A stretch of DNA of 63,056 nucleotides, filler included, from Hyphochytrium catenoides (GCA_900088475.1; 15 parts of 15 records of this genome joined end to end with filler, not necessarily neighbours in it), one strand, 5' to 3'. Positions 13,526 to 26,140 are shown, numbered from the whole stretch's first letter. Program-made: numbers and translations. The notes: generated from the sequence alone by a model not told the origin.

Positions 13526-16500
13526 CTTTGTTAGCCATAGTGGTGATGCGCAAGGATAGTGGTGGGAGAGGAACGACGAGCTAAGTATATAAGTGCACAG
13601 TGCTGAGAGCCCAACCGCTGAGTCGGTAATCTAAAGAGGGAAGAGAGAGACATAGAATATAAAGAGAGAAGGACATGGAGTATATAGTCACGGAAGATGG
13701 AATGCACTCGTGGTTCATCTGAGGGTACCCGAAAAAGAGGAAGAAGACAGCAATAGAGAGCAGAGAGAGAGAAAGAGAGGCAGAAAGAAGAGGTCGAGAG
13801 GAGGCCTGACCTGATCGAGATCTTTAGAGAATCTATTGAGCACTCTTCCCGTGGGTGTGACATCAAAGAACAGATTGACAGGTGCTGCCAGTACATTCTC
13901 GAAGAGCTCCTCGTGTATGAGGCGAGAGCTCCTGATGGCGACAGAGACAAAGAGTGTGGAGCGCCAGAGCGTGATGAAGAAGGTGAGCAAGCCGATAGTG
14001 CAGTAGATGGCGATGTAGCCTCCAGCAGTCAGGTGGAAGCTGTCTTGAGACCAGTAAGAGAGCCACATGTCTGCGGGGGAAGCAGGAGCAAGAGGATCAT
14101 GAGTAAAGGCTGTCTAGGGATGAAGATGGCAACTGTCAGAGAGGGAGCCTAGACAGAAGGGAAAAGAAAAAGAGACAAAAGAGTTGAGGGGAGAGACTGC
14201 AAAACCGAGTAGGAGCGGAAGAGCGAAGACTGATCAAAGAGCAGGGCCCAAGCGAAGTGCACTTAAATACAGACAGAGAGAAAAGAAGAGAGGGAGAGAG
14301 AGAGAGAGACAGAGAGACAGAGAGACAGAGAGGGAGAGAGAGAGAGACAGAGAGAGAGAGGGAGAGAAAGAAAGAGAGAGAGAAAGAGAAAGAAAGAGAG
14401 AGAGAAAGAGAGAGAAAAGAAGGAAAAGAGAGAGAAAGAGAGAAAGAAAAGAAGGAAAAGAGAGAGAAAGAGAGAAAGAAAGAGAGAAAGAGAGAGACGG
14501 CATAATATGGACGTCCTGGGTGTCAACTTACCGCTTCCAATGCGAAAGCTTTGGGAGACACAGAACCCAAGAAGAATGAGCAAGAGCCTAGCAAATCCTC
14601 CTCGACGATGTGCACTTCCTGGGGGAACGCAGCAAGAATCGATGGTGAGAGAAAGAGCTGCAGCCAGGAAAGGAGATAGCGAGGGCGTGGACAAGCTACC
14701 GAGCGGAAGAGTGGAATTATTAGGGGAACGTTGACGCGTTGCTTACCAGCAACATAGCTCTTGTAAGTCGACAGGGAGACAGCGCCAACCTCTCTCTCTT
14801 CTTTATCAATCAGTCGCGCTGACGCGTGCTTTGCATTTCCCAAAGGCGCAAGTTCATCTCCAGAAGGTTGAGGAGGGGCTGCAGGCCGAGGAGAGGTCAC
14901 ACTGACAAACACAGGCCCAGGACTGTTCGTCTCGGGTGGGAGAGATAGCGGATTGGCATGACCCGAAGAAGAGGAGAGGTGTTCGGGATCAAGGGGCGTA
15001 GCAACGTGATCTTCTCCTTCCAACTGGTGAACCTCCCCAAGTAAGGTCGGGAACTTCTGAAGTGCTTCGTCTGTCGTTCATGAGAGGGACAGCATGGACG
15101 AGACGTCAGAGAAGAAAGAGGAGTAACGAGACTAAGACAGGAAGAAGAGAGAGAGAGAGAGAGATTATATAGCTAGAGAGACTGACCCAGTTGCCCGCAG
15201 AAAGCAATCCTTCCTTTGTCCATAACAATGACTCTGTCGACATGGCGAAGAAAGTGATAGTGCGCGTTCAGCACTAACACTCTTGTCTCTCCCTTTAAAT
15301 AAGCGAGGAGAGAAGAGAAGATCCTAGAGGCCACTGCCGGATCCACAGCGCTCAGTGGATCATCAAAGAGAAAAATGTTGCAATGACCCCGCCGGTACAG
15401 GGCCCGGGCTAAGCTTATCCTCGCCTTCTGTCCACCGCTAAGGTTTATACCGCGCTCTCCAATCTGGGGACAGGGAATAAAGAAAAGGTCAGAAGATCTG
15501 AGAGCGAGAAAGCTGAGAGAGCATGACCAGGAGAGAAACTGCCGGCAAAGGAAGGAGACGCACACAAGAGAGAGACACTCCTATTGACAGGAAACTCTAG
15601 GGTCATTGTACCTCTGTCATATCGCCCGCGGGTAGATTCTTCAGATCTGTCACCAGCTGAGCAGCTCGCACTGCGTCTCTGTACCTCGCCTCATCGTACT
15701 CCAGCTGGAACAAGATGTTGTCTCTGATGGAGGAATTCTGCAGCCAACATTGCTGAGAAGTGTAGGAGGCGCAGCCTTTCACAGTCGAGACACCACCAGT
15801 TTGATGCATCAGCCCTAGAATGCCCTGAAGCAGGCTCGACTTGCCGCTGCTCAGACCAAGAGAGAGAAGTAGGGCGATAGAGGTAGGCCAATAATATTAG
15901 TCCAGAAGCGAGAAGTAGAGAAGGAAGTCTGGCTAAAGAACAGAGACACGCAATAATACGAAAAGAGAGAATGGCACAGAACTTAANNNNNNNNNNNNNN
16001 NNNNNNNNNNNNNNNNNNNNNNNNNNNNNNNNNNNNNNNNNNNNNNNNNNNNNNNNNNNNNNNNNNNNNNNNNNNNNNNNNNNNNNNNNNNNNNNNNNNN
16101 NNNNNNNNNNNNNNNNNNNNNNNNNNNNNNNNNNNNNNNNNTCCTGGACGAATGTCCAAACATAGGTTGCGAAGAGAGAAGCTGTTGCCTTCTTTCTCTT
16201 CAGCTTTAAGCTCAACCCTCACTTCCTCATTGACCGGCGCCACGACGGCAAGAGATGGGCCCTTAGAAGTGGAAGCGGAGGGAGAAGGAGGAGAGCTGAA
16301 GCCACCCTCAGTAGAAAGAGTCCATTGAAAGTCCACATTCGTGAGTCTGATGCTTCCTATGGGGACGACCTCGGTTCTACTCTCTCTCTGCTCGGCCGAG
16401 GGCTTCTTGAGGACCCCACCGTGATCCCTTTGCTCTGCTTCTCCAAGTGAGAAGTACCGTTCCAAGCGTGCGAGGGATATAGAGCCCTCTGCAATGCCAG

Positions 16501-16991
16501 TGATTGCAGCTGGGAAGGTTGTCAAAGGTCGTCTGCATAAGAGGTTTGAACAGTTGATAAGGTCAGGCAGACAGTCTCGGCGGAGAGGAGGAGTGAGAGG
16601 GAGACACCTAACGATAAGTGAGATGGTAGACGAACCTAAGTCAGTATCAGCAAGAAAGGAGGAAAGGTAGGATTAGCGGTTAAAGACCAAGCAGGGGTAG
16701 GACTTGCAAGCAAGAGAAAGAGAGACAGAGAGAAAAGGTTAAAAGAGAGCAGAAAGGAAAAGCACCTTAACAGCGCGAGATACGCCATCGCAGTAAACAC
16801 TGTCGGTACGCTAAGAGTTTGTCCAAGAGCTGCAAGAAAGTGGAGCCTTTAGTCTACTGACAACAAGCTATCGAATGAGCTAAGCAGCCATCCAGAGCAT
16901 CTCGGTGAGTAGCAAAAGCACACACGCAGAGAGAGAGAGAGGAGGGAGAGCGAAGAGAGAGAGTGAGAGACAGAGAGAGAGAGAGACACAC

Positions 16992-17034
<43 letters not shown>

Positions 17035-19131
17035 AACAGAGAGAGAGAGAGGGAAAGCGGGAGAGAAACAAAGAGAACAGGGCCATCGACATCACCTGAG
17101 TACGTGAGAAATGTGGTGGTGGCGATGAAGACAGGAGCCACAAAGAGGAGAACGACATTAAAGGAGCGCATCATCTCAAAAAGGCGAAGGTTCTTGAGCT
17201 CCTCCTCTCGCGCCTCTCCGATTCTTCTCTTCACTGAGCTCTCCCATGCGTAGTACTTGACAACCCTAGACGGGAGGTCTCCGTTATCCACCTCTGCTTC
17301 TCATCTCTCTTATCTTTGTCCCTACCGAGCATCAACATACTCTACGCCATCCGCTATGTGTCCCCTCTCACTAGCTGTTATTCTCTGTCTCTTTCTGTTC
17401 CTTCTCCCTTCACTTGCACATCCCCCTTTCCGTTCTTGCAATTCGCTGACGTGACATTTCTCCTTTAGCTAGTCACCTTCTGTCTTCTCACCTGATGCCC
17501 TGCAGGATCTCGTTCATGAGCCTGACTCTGCTCCCTGTGTGCTTCACAACCTGTTCTCTCAGTCTTCCAGTCCTCCTTGCTGTGAAATACTGCAGACCGA
17601 GGACCAGGACCATTATCAGGACGCCCATCAACCCGCTAACTCCTATCTCAGCCACGAGCAGCGCCATGGACATGAGGATCATGAGAGGAGAAGCCCAAAG
17701 CCAATGAATGTTGATCACGGCATTCCAAATACGCTCTGTGTCTACGCCTAAAGAGAGAAACCAGAGTCGGAGACCGATTGTGGGAGAGATGAGAGAGAGA
17801 GGGGAGGGAGAGACAGAGCGAGAGTGAGAGAGCGAAAGGAGAGAAGAGAGTGGGGTAAGAATCGTGCGTGGGGGATGAAAGATAGAGAACGACAGAAGGC
17901 CAAAGGACAGGAAGGGCGTAGGAGAGGCGTCGTGGCTTACATATGGAAGGGATGACAAGACTCACAAGGCAAGGAGACCTAGAGTCTCGCTCATACGATA
18001 ACACGGAGGTAACAAGGACAAGAGTAGCGAGAGAAGGGGAGAGAATTGAGTCCAGAACTTAGAGATTGAAAGGGGCAGAGGCCATAAGAGGCAGAGAGAG
18101 AGAGAGAGAGAGTGGTGAAAGACAGGGAGGCCAATTCGCTGTAGCACGTCAGTTCGTACTCATGAGCGTCACGATGTCTCCAGTGCTGGACTGGTTCTTT
18201 GCGGTGGAAGAGAGACGCAGTGATTTCCGATAGACAGCGTCCATCAGCGCCTGCCGACTTTCAAAGGCAAACGTGATCTGGAGGTAGAATGCGAAGTTGA
18301 GAGTAATGACTGCAGAGAATGAGTGAAGACGAGTGAGTTTCAGAGATGCGCTGTGTAGAAGCAGAAGACATCCCGAAGTTGGAATAGAGGGACAGACGTG
18401 GAGAGACTTCCAGGAGAGAAAGAGTCCTGTTGGTGAGAGACACGACTTCACTTTGTCTAAAGGAGTGAGAGAGAAGAGAGAGAAAGAGGGGGATAGCAAG
18501 GTAACAGGCAGGAAGGCGGGCCTGCACCTGAGAGGATGTTACAGAGCGCCAGCGCACACGTGAGTCCAACGCCCGAAGTGATGCCAAAAAAGCCTCCATG
18601 GCCGTCTGACCCTCCGTTCAGGTACCACAGCAGACTCTTCACCTAAGGCGCAAGGGAGAGGAGGATACAAAGCGAATGAGAGAGAGAGACGGAGAAGGAG
18701 GGAGAGAGAGAGAGAGCAGAGAGTAGGAGACGGCTGCGAGCAGCTTTCTTCGCATAGTAGGCACGCAAGCAGTGATGACTTACCGCGAACGGCTGCATGA
18801 AGGTGACGGCGCAGTGTATCAGATAGCAGAGGCCCGAGAGCCAGTAAAGTCTTCTTGAGAAGAAGTAGAGTGCCCACAGCAGGCGCCTGTGCTTCAGGAA
18901 GGGCCCTATGTAGACAAGAATGAGAGGTTGACGCCACGCGCAAGCAATGGACGAGAGAAGTGAGATGAAGAGTTGTCAGGACCGTCCCCGGGACATGGAT
19001 GTCTCTCAGCTCTTTTGGTTCCATGTTCTCCCCGATCTCTCTCTCTCTCTCTCTTCTCCTTCTGTCTCTCTCCCTCTTTCTTTCTCTCTCTTCTCATTCT
19101 GTCTCTCTCCCTCTTTCTTTCTCTGTCTCTC

Positions 19132-19175
<44 letters not shown>

Positions 19176-20064
19176 CTCTCACTCTCTCTCTCCTCGCTCA
19201 CACGCTCCTCTCTCTTTTGCTCGCTCTCGTCGTCTCTCTCTTCGAACCTCCCGGCGCACATGCCCTCCTTAGTCCTCTTCCTCATTTTTGCTTCTCTTCC
19301 TCTGCTCACCAGGTCGTTGTGCAGCTCTCTCCCAGGTGTCATCCAGCCTGGAGCTAAGTGAGGCGGCTGTCAGCTTGGTGGGCACTCTCCATATATCTTC
19401 CTCCTGCAGAGGGCGCTGAAACCCCAGCGCGATGAGAGGAGAGACCCAGCTCAATGTGAAATGAGAGAACCAGCTGGCGCGCTCGTAGGGACAATCAGCG
19501 CTTCTCTCTTGCGCAGACTGGTTGTCTGCTGTCAGTGGGTTACCTAGCAGAAGCTTCACATCATCGCCGAAAGAGGCGTTCTCGGAGTCTGCCAACGAAA
19601 AGGAAGAGAGAGGAAAGATAAGCACACACGCAGCTATAGGAGATAGAGAGAGTAAAGGATGAGAAGGACCCGGGGAAGGCGCGTGAGAGAGAAAGAGACG
19701 GATCGAGGCAAGAGAGAGAAAGAAGAAAGAAGCTAGAAAGAGAGAGAGAGAGTTTAAGAGAGAGAGGAAAGAAAGAGAGTAGAGAGAGACTGAGAGGGAG
19801 AAAGAGCGAGGGAGGGAGAGAGTGTGTGATTGAATGAGAGACTGAAGAGGAGAGAGAGAGAGAAAAAGTAAGACGAGAAGAAAGACCCCTACCTTTGTCT
19901 TCCTGTTCAGGACTTTCAAGCATGAGAGAAGAAGAATGCTTCTCTTTGATCCTTTGCCTCTGCGTCTCTTCTTCCTCCTCTTTCGAGGATGTCTCTCCGT
20001 CATTGGCAGATCGAAAGAAGGCCGCCTGCCTCTCTCTTCCATTCTCTTTCCTCCCGGTCGTCAT
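10500..20064 (-). CDS. ABC transporter subfamily C (MRP-type, no TMD0), about 20 exons, one N-gap inside
   Basis: Exon chain traced with GT-AG ends: lasso motif [30 protein letters not shown]; NBD1 SGKSSLL...[21 protein letters not shown]...FDDPLSAVD; TMD2 [17 protein letters not shown]; NBD2 [12 protein letters not shown]...[20 protein letters not shown]...[18 protein letters not shown]...DEATANVD...IAHRL. The start ATG at 20064 is inferred. Confidence 0.95.
14270..14500. repeat. (GA)n/(CT)n microsatellite tract inside an ABCC intron (representative of many)
   Basis: Near-pure GA/GAAA repeats. Similar tracts at about 6040-6220, 12900-13100, 16930-17070, 19030-19260, 19680-19870, 44010-44060, 45560-45800, 47540-47720, 51530-51760 and 57070-57180. 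Confidence 0.95.
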
Positions 20065-20743
20065 GTCTCTTTGTCCTACGCGCGGGCACCTCAGCCTCTC
20101 CTTGCCACAAGAGAGAGGGAAGATAGGAAGTGAAAGCGCGCTCACATCCGCTGCCCCGAGGTCCAGAAGGTGAGGTGCCGGGCTCGTAAGAGCTGCGCCA
20201 GTTGAAGCGGGGAGACAGCGCTAGAGCGAACTTAGAAGAGGCGAGGGAAGTACGAGCGGGTGCAGTCGACTAGATACAGCAGGCGAGAAGAGAGAGAAGA
20301 TGTTGTCAGGAGAGCAGAGCCTATGATAGAGATATATATATATAGAGAGAGAGAGCCTGCGATAGAGAGAGAAAGAAAGAAAGAGAGAGAGAGAGAGAAA
20401 GCAAGAGAGAGAGAGAACAAGAGAGAGAAAGCGTGAAGCTGATCCGGAGAAGGAAACTTTTCGTGCTCCCTGTGACCCCTGTCCTGAGAGTCTGTTTATT
20501 TCTTAGACGTTATAAGCAGCCTTGATTTGGGTGTTACATCCATCGACCCTTCGTGACAGAGTTAGGTAGCCAGTGAGGACCGTCGAAGCGACATGGCAAC
20601 GCCCAGAGGCTAGGAGAAGAGGCACAGCAAGAGAGAGAGAGAGNNNNNNNNNNNNNNNNNNNNNNNNNNNNNNNNNNNNNNNNNNNNTTAATTAATTAAN
20701 NNNNNNNNNNNNNNNNNNNNNNNNNNNNNNNNNNNNNNNNNNN

Positions 20744-23700
20744 CTGCTTTGATGGGCTTCACTCACAGCACAATAATTGGTATGCTTCAGAACGCCCCAA
20801 AAAGTAGCACCCTACCCCCTAGTATTAGCTTCATAACTGACCCTGCGAAGCTGTCAGGGAGGCGTCTGAGAGACCTAAAGCTTGTTGCCGACATGAGGCT
20901 TCAAGAAGCCTTGGAAGGAGTATGTCAAGACTTTCCACTAGAGGTTTTCCGCACCCTCATGGAGGACAAGGACTTCTTTCGCAAGTACTTTGGTACGAAT
21001 AGCTCTCCCAATGAAGAAAGTCTGACAACCGACCCAACTCTAGTGAGGCTAGTCGAAGGCTATAAGGCTGCAACCACTCCGAGGGATATGAAGAAGTACA
21101 TCCTATCCCTCCTCGCTCGAGACTTTTCCTATCAGACCTTACGCAAGGTGCTACATTGTTCTACATGGTCCATCTATCAAGCACGGCTCCATGCAGTAAC
21201 GGAAGGTGTCGCAGCGGTACCCAAGTTATATGAAAAAGTCTCAAGAGACAGGGTAGGCTTGAGGTTCCTGACCCTGCGGCTATTCTTTGAGCATGGAGGG
21301 GTGCTGCGATATTCCCCGACCTTGCGGAACGGGAAACCCGTTACTTATCTAACGAATAACATTGTAGCACTACATGAGGAGTATCGAAAGTATCATGCTG
21401 ACCTCCATGACAAAACTGCGGTTGCGCCAAAGCCGTTTTCGTTATCCTATTTCAGAGAGTATATACACCAGATGGACTACAAGCCCGAGAGAGCTCTTAC
21501 ATGCCTCTGCGGTAACTGTAACACTTATGGCTACGAGAACTTTGCGCATATGGAGGAGCTGATGGAAGATATTTGCAAGCTGCTGCAGGATCCGGCGGAC
21601 AGAATAAAGTGTAGAGAGGAGCTGCAGAAGCTAATAACTGACTGTAAGCAGTATTTTTTCAACGACTTCAGGTCAAGTCTGAGTGAACAGAATGGCATAT
21701 CGTCATTGTGTCTGAAGCACACTCTCTCCTGTCCAATCGAGTCTGAAATGTTTGGCGAGCGCTGCCACCACGTGGAGTATCATCATGTGCAAAGCAAGTC
21801 GTAAGTGCCACGGAAAAGACCCTTAACAGATCTTCTTTTGGCATCCTAACTTGCTTCTTCCTTCTTTATTAACACTGCTCGTTTTTAGAAAGTTTCTCAA
21901 GACAAACCTGGAGACTACCTTCCAGAAGTTCATCACTCGTATCAAGGATCCCTCTCATAAGGAAGTGCCCACTGAAACTGTCGACGGTGTTACTTCTGCT
22001 GCTGAACTTGCGGAACAGAAAGGGGAGCTAAAGCGTGTGCTCCAAGATGTTTTACGGAAGCTTCGAAAGTTCGAGGCCCACTTAGCAAGGAAGAAATATG
22101 ACGCGATATCTCAGATGAAGATTCTTACAGGACTTCTGGCACATCAATGCTTAGTGATCTTTGACCACAAGCAGAAATGGTGTACGCTCCGGGATTTGAA
22201 CCCAGGACCTCTGTCTTTGATGCCGACACCCTAACCAATATGCACCATACACCAAACGTACTCTTGACTAATCTCCGTTTTTCTTTATATACCAGGGATT
22301 TTCCCCTCTGCGTCGTCCGCTGTACACTTTTTGGTTTCAGCGTCGATCACAGTTCAACAATGGGTGCCTATGTATCACCGAGAGACCCAGACGCAGCGCT
22401 TTGGAAAGCGTGGGGTGTCAATCTTTGGAGCCACATTTATCATACGAAGTAGAGATAAACCAGGTATATCGGTCCTGACATCCTTGAGCAGCCTCTACAC
22501 GGGACCTAAAGACCCACCGTACTGCTTGCTGTTCTGCGTCCCCTTCATAGGAGAGTATGATGTCTATCATGTCCGCCTTTCTTGCGATGATAGCAAGCAG
22601 GATTGGTTCCAGTCTGTAAGCTTTCTTAGTCTTGCCATCGCGGAGTTCCTATCTGCCCTTGAAAGCACAGGAGAGGGGCAGAAGATTACACAGTTCTACA
22701 TTCAAAGCGATGGAGCGATTAGCTTCTCATCTACGGCGTTTATGGTAGCACTGCCGGTTTCTGTGGAGGCGGAGCTACGAAAGCGCACCAATCTAGGTGC
22801 ACAGTCCAAGGGTGCCCGTGTCGTCGGGCATCTAATCACTGAAGCTGGAGGAGGAAAGGACCGGACAGACCAGGACTTCTCCGTGGTTACTCGTCATCTC
22901 CTTAATGCAGTAAAGTACAAGGAGAATGTAGAAGACGCCTCTGACATCTGCCGCGTTCTATCTGCCAAGCGTAATTCATACGCTATCAACGCAGAGATTT
23001 TTCTCAACCGCTCCACCGCTGGGCATGCAGAGAAGAAGGATACGGTAAAGACATTCTCGGGACAGGATACCTTTTACTACCGTGCCTACGAATATGATTG
23101 CCACGGAACGCTTACCGCCATCAAGCTATTTCATCATCACAGTATTGGGAGTGGCATGAAGCTAAATAAACAGGCAGTGGATGCGCTCTGGGCAAATGGA
23201 AGTGCTCCAGATATGACCGGAGCCTCAGGTAGACCTCTCTATCGGTGCGATCGACCATTTGAGCTCTCATGCATGACTTCTTATATCTAGAAGCGAAAGG
23301 TGAGGAGGCACGACATGACGATGTTACTCCCAAGAAGATGGTACAAGGAACTTGCACCTCTACTTCGGGGCCAACTTTTTCTACTGTTAAACCCCGCCAA
23401 AAGCAAAGGGAGTCCCAAAAAAAAGAGAGATCAGAACTCCTAAGAGAACAACCAATAGAAGAGGAGCAGAAAGCACTAAAGTGCGACAAATGCAACCGCA
23501 GCTTTCTCAGTTCGAAAGGCCTAAACAACCACCAGCAAGGAGGATTCTGTGAGGCTGCTGCGGTGGCAACAAAAACACCTTACGTGAAGATGAAGGAGGC
23601 AAAGGATCGCGCCCAGGAACACGATAATACAAAAGGAGGAGCCTCCTTGGCTGCTAATAGGAAGGCTACGGTAAGCCCTGCCGCGCCCCATTGACTGTTA

Positions 23701-25405
23701 ACCATAGAGAACATGAGAATACCTGAACTATGTTTCTGGACGCAGGTGAAGAAGCTGTCGGATCTTCTAATAAAGCTTAGGCGCAGGAAGGTGGACGTCT
23801 TAGGTGACGGATACTGTCAGGCGGCATCCATCGCTGCCAACTTCGAAAAGGCCGTGACGATGGAGCGAGTCAGGCAGGATACCTCAGCTTGGATGCTGAG
23901 AGATGTAGCTGACAAAGGTTTTATAAATGGTTGTTGTTCCAAGCTTAGAGATTCCGCCCAATATCAAACATATGCCAGAACCTACAAAGATTGTTCTGGA
24001 GTCCGTGTTGAAAGATCAGCTTGGGGAGTTACCGACACCCTAAGGGCATTCACGCTCTTGTCGCGGGTGCCCGTATGCGTAGTGATTCAAGACGCCCTCG
24101 AGTGCAATAAGGACGCATATAGCTGTATCCTTTTGCATTATCCGTGTCTTGCAGTGCAACAGGAAGGAGGATCAGAGCAGCAAGAAGATGGTCAAAATGA
24201 GGCAGGCTGTGATAGGACGTGGTCAGCCCTTACTCTGGACGAGATCTGTGAGCTAAATAGTGCAGAGTGGGTCTTCATCCTCTTCAATCAAACGACAGAG
24301 CACTATGATGCTCTTGTCAGTAAGGACTTCTCCTTATCTGACTACCATCAACACAACGACAGTATCGAGGCTTCTACTCTCGAGAAAGAACGGACAGGTG
24401 CTAGCTGGAGGAATATCCACCTTGCTCAGCGAGAAGCTCTTCGGCAGCACCGAGAAAGAGAAAGAGTGAAGGCGATGCCGAACGCTTCTGCAGGTGCAAT
24501 TTCTGCTGCTTCTCCCTTCTCCCAATACCATGGTAAGAACGGCATGGCCTCACCTGCGACCACGGAGGTAGAGATGCAGTCGCTACCGCGCGCCGAGGGC
24601 CCACTACAGGATGCCGATGTCATTAATACAGAGAAACGCGGGATAGAAGTTGATAGTCTGGAGCAATCGTCTGCTACCTTCGCAACCGTGGAGCAAGCTG
24701 TTGAGCGGCCTGCGAATGCTGCCGAATACCATAGGTGAGAGATGGTCATGTTTGACTCTGTAAGCTGTATTGGGTAAGAATCACTTTTCGCTCTGATGCA
24801 GCCACCAAGGATCTGAAGGAAAGGAAAGCTGTGGCTGCCACCTGAAAAAAATATCTGGTCAAAAGGAGAAAAGGCACCGGTACACGCAAGAGCAAACCAC
24901 TTTTCTCAAGGAAATGTTTGACCAGCACCTAACGTTTGGGGGAGCAAAGGTATCGCAGAAAAAGGCACACGAGGAGATGAAGAAGCGGTTCCATAACACG
25001 ACCGGCGACTATGCCAAGAGGCTACGCCTGGGGCCCGCTCAGATAGCCTCTTACTTCAGCAGAATGAAAGCGAAGACTCGAGCTAGGGCAGAGCTACTGC
25101 AACGACAGCAAGACGAGTCGTCAGCGCCTTCCTTGACAAGTGAACTGGTTGATGCAGGAGAAGGTCAGCCTTGTCAGAGTTCTGAATCAAGCAAGAGGAA
25201 GTTGGAAATCGAAACAAGCACTTCTCCATCTGCAATGGCTAAAAAGTTGAAACGTGAACACCTTACTGACCGCTTGGCATGTGGCAGTAGTTCGGGAGAA
25301 GAAAGACCTAGTAGCCAAATGCATGGACCACTGGCCCCGAATCGCCAAGATGAGCAGCTTCGGGATAGACCAACGCAGCACGGACAGCGCTCCTTGCAAA
25401 AATAA
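20744..25405 (+). mobile_element. Intron-containing Sola3-like DDD transposase fused to a zinc finger and an OTU domain; 5' end lost at contig edge; interrupted by a 179-bp insertion
   Basis: Phase-consistent GT-AG introns near 21801, 22463, 23228, 23670 and 24734. Motifs: CLCGNC; IFDHKQK-WVPMYHRETQTQRFGKRGVS (D at 22163); IQSDGA (D at 22709); EAGGGKDRTD (D at 22868); CDKC-x12-H-x5-C (23482-23550); OTU GDGYC...WG...HYD (23806-24309); C-terminal FLKEMFD...QIASYFSR helix bundle. The Sola3 assignment is from remembered motifs. Confidence 0.7.
22181..22359. mobile_element. 179-bp TG...CA insertion (solo-LTR/TRIM-like) with ATGG target duplication and antisense tRNA-like sequence
   Basis: ATGG at 22177-22180 and again at 22360-22363. 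The element starts TGTACG and ends TTCAACA. Removing it plus one ATGG restores AAA TGG GTG (K-W-V) in the transposase motif. Minus strand has A-box-like TGGTGCATATTGG (from 22247) and B box GGTTCAAATCC (22202-22192). Confidence 0.8.
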
Positions 25406-26140
25406 CCATCTGCTCTGCTTGCAAAAAGGTAAAGAGAGGCCACAAGTGTACCAACTTATGCTCGGACTGTCGCAAACCCAATACCACTGGGCATCGCTGT
25501 AAACGAGTCGTATCGCAGCTGATAGCCAGCCCGCCGCCAAAAGTAGCCACCGCTATTCTAACGTAAGCACCCGGTGCACTGGTGCACTGAATCATTGCAT
25601 ATGGTAGGAGGTCGTTCAATATAACAGTTTTATTGACGGACGCTGGTGGTCCAGTTACTCTTGCTCTGACGAGCAGGAACATCAATATTCTCAGGATTGA
25701 TAGGAGGAGAATAATACCAACAGCGGAAGCTGTCCCATAGAGCCTATCAAGCGAGAGCGATCGACACAAACCAAACTCTTCTGCAGCAGCAGCGCTAACC
25801 TTCTTGTGATCTGAGTGTTGATGAGGAGGTGGGGAAGTGCGGCAAACGCAGCAGCGTTCTTGGATAGTCCCTATAGGCCATACGTAATATTAGCCCTAAT
25901 ATTAACTATGGTCTACATTTGGAGACCCCTCATTGCCAAAGTTTCAAAGTTTCTTCCGGTTCTCTCAAAATTCCAGTTCTAAGGATGAAGTTGCAGTGGA
26001 GGACAGGGACGAGACAGTGTATATTGCAATGAAATGAACTNNNNNNNNNNNNNNNNNNNNNNNNNNNNNNNNNNNNNNNNNNNNTTAATTAATTAANNNN
26101 NNNNNNNNNNNNNNNNNNNNNNNNNNNNNNNNNNNNNNNN

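Noticed and set aside
14184-14694. Long (RE)n and (SL)n ORFs here and throughout the window
   Set aside because: Translations of GA/CT microsatellites, which lack stop codons.
10500-20064. Non-canonical introns in the ABCC gene
   Set aside because: Every junction I could trace outside the N-gap was GT-AG and phase-consistent.
22177-22255. Functional tRNA gene on the minus strand
   Set aside because: D-arm and anticodon stem pair poorly, extra bases separate the T-arm from the acceptor strand, and the apparent CCA end comes from the target-site bases. Treated as tRNA-derived only.
25860-26040. Terminal inverted repeat of the Sola-like element
   Set aside because: The other end is missing from the contig and I see no clear TTAA-flanked terminus, so it cannot be supported.
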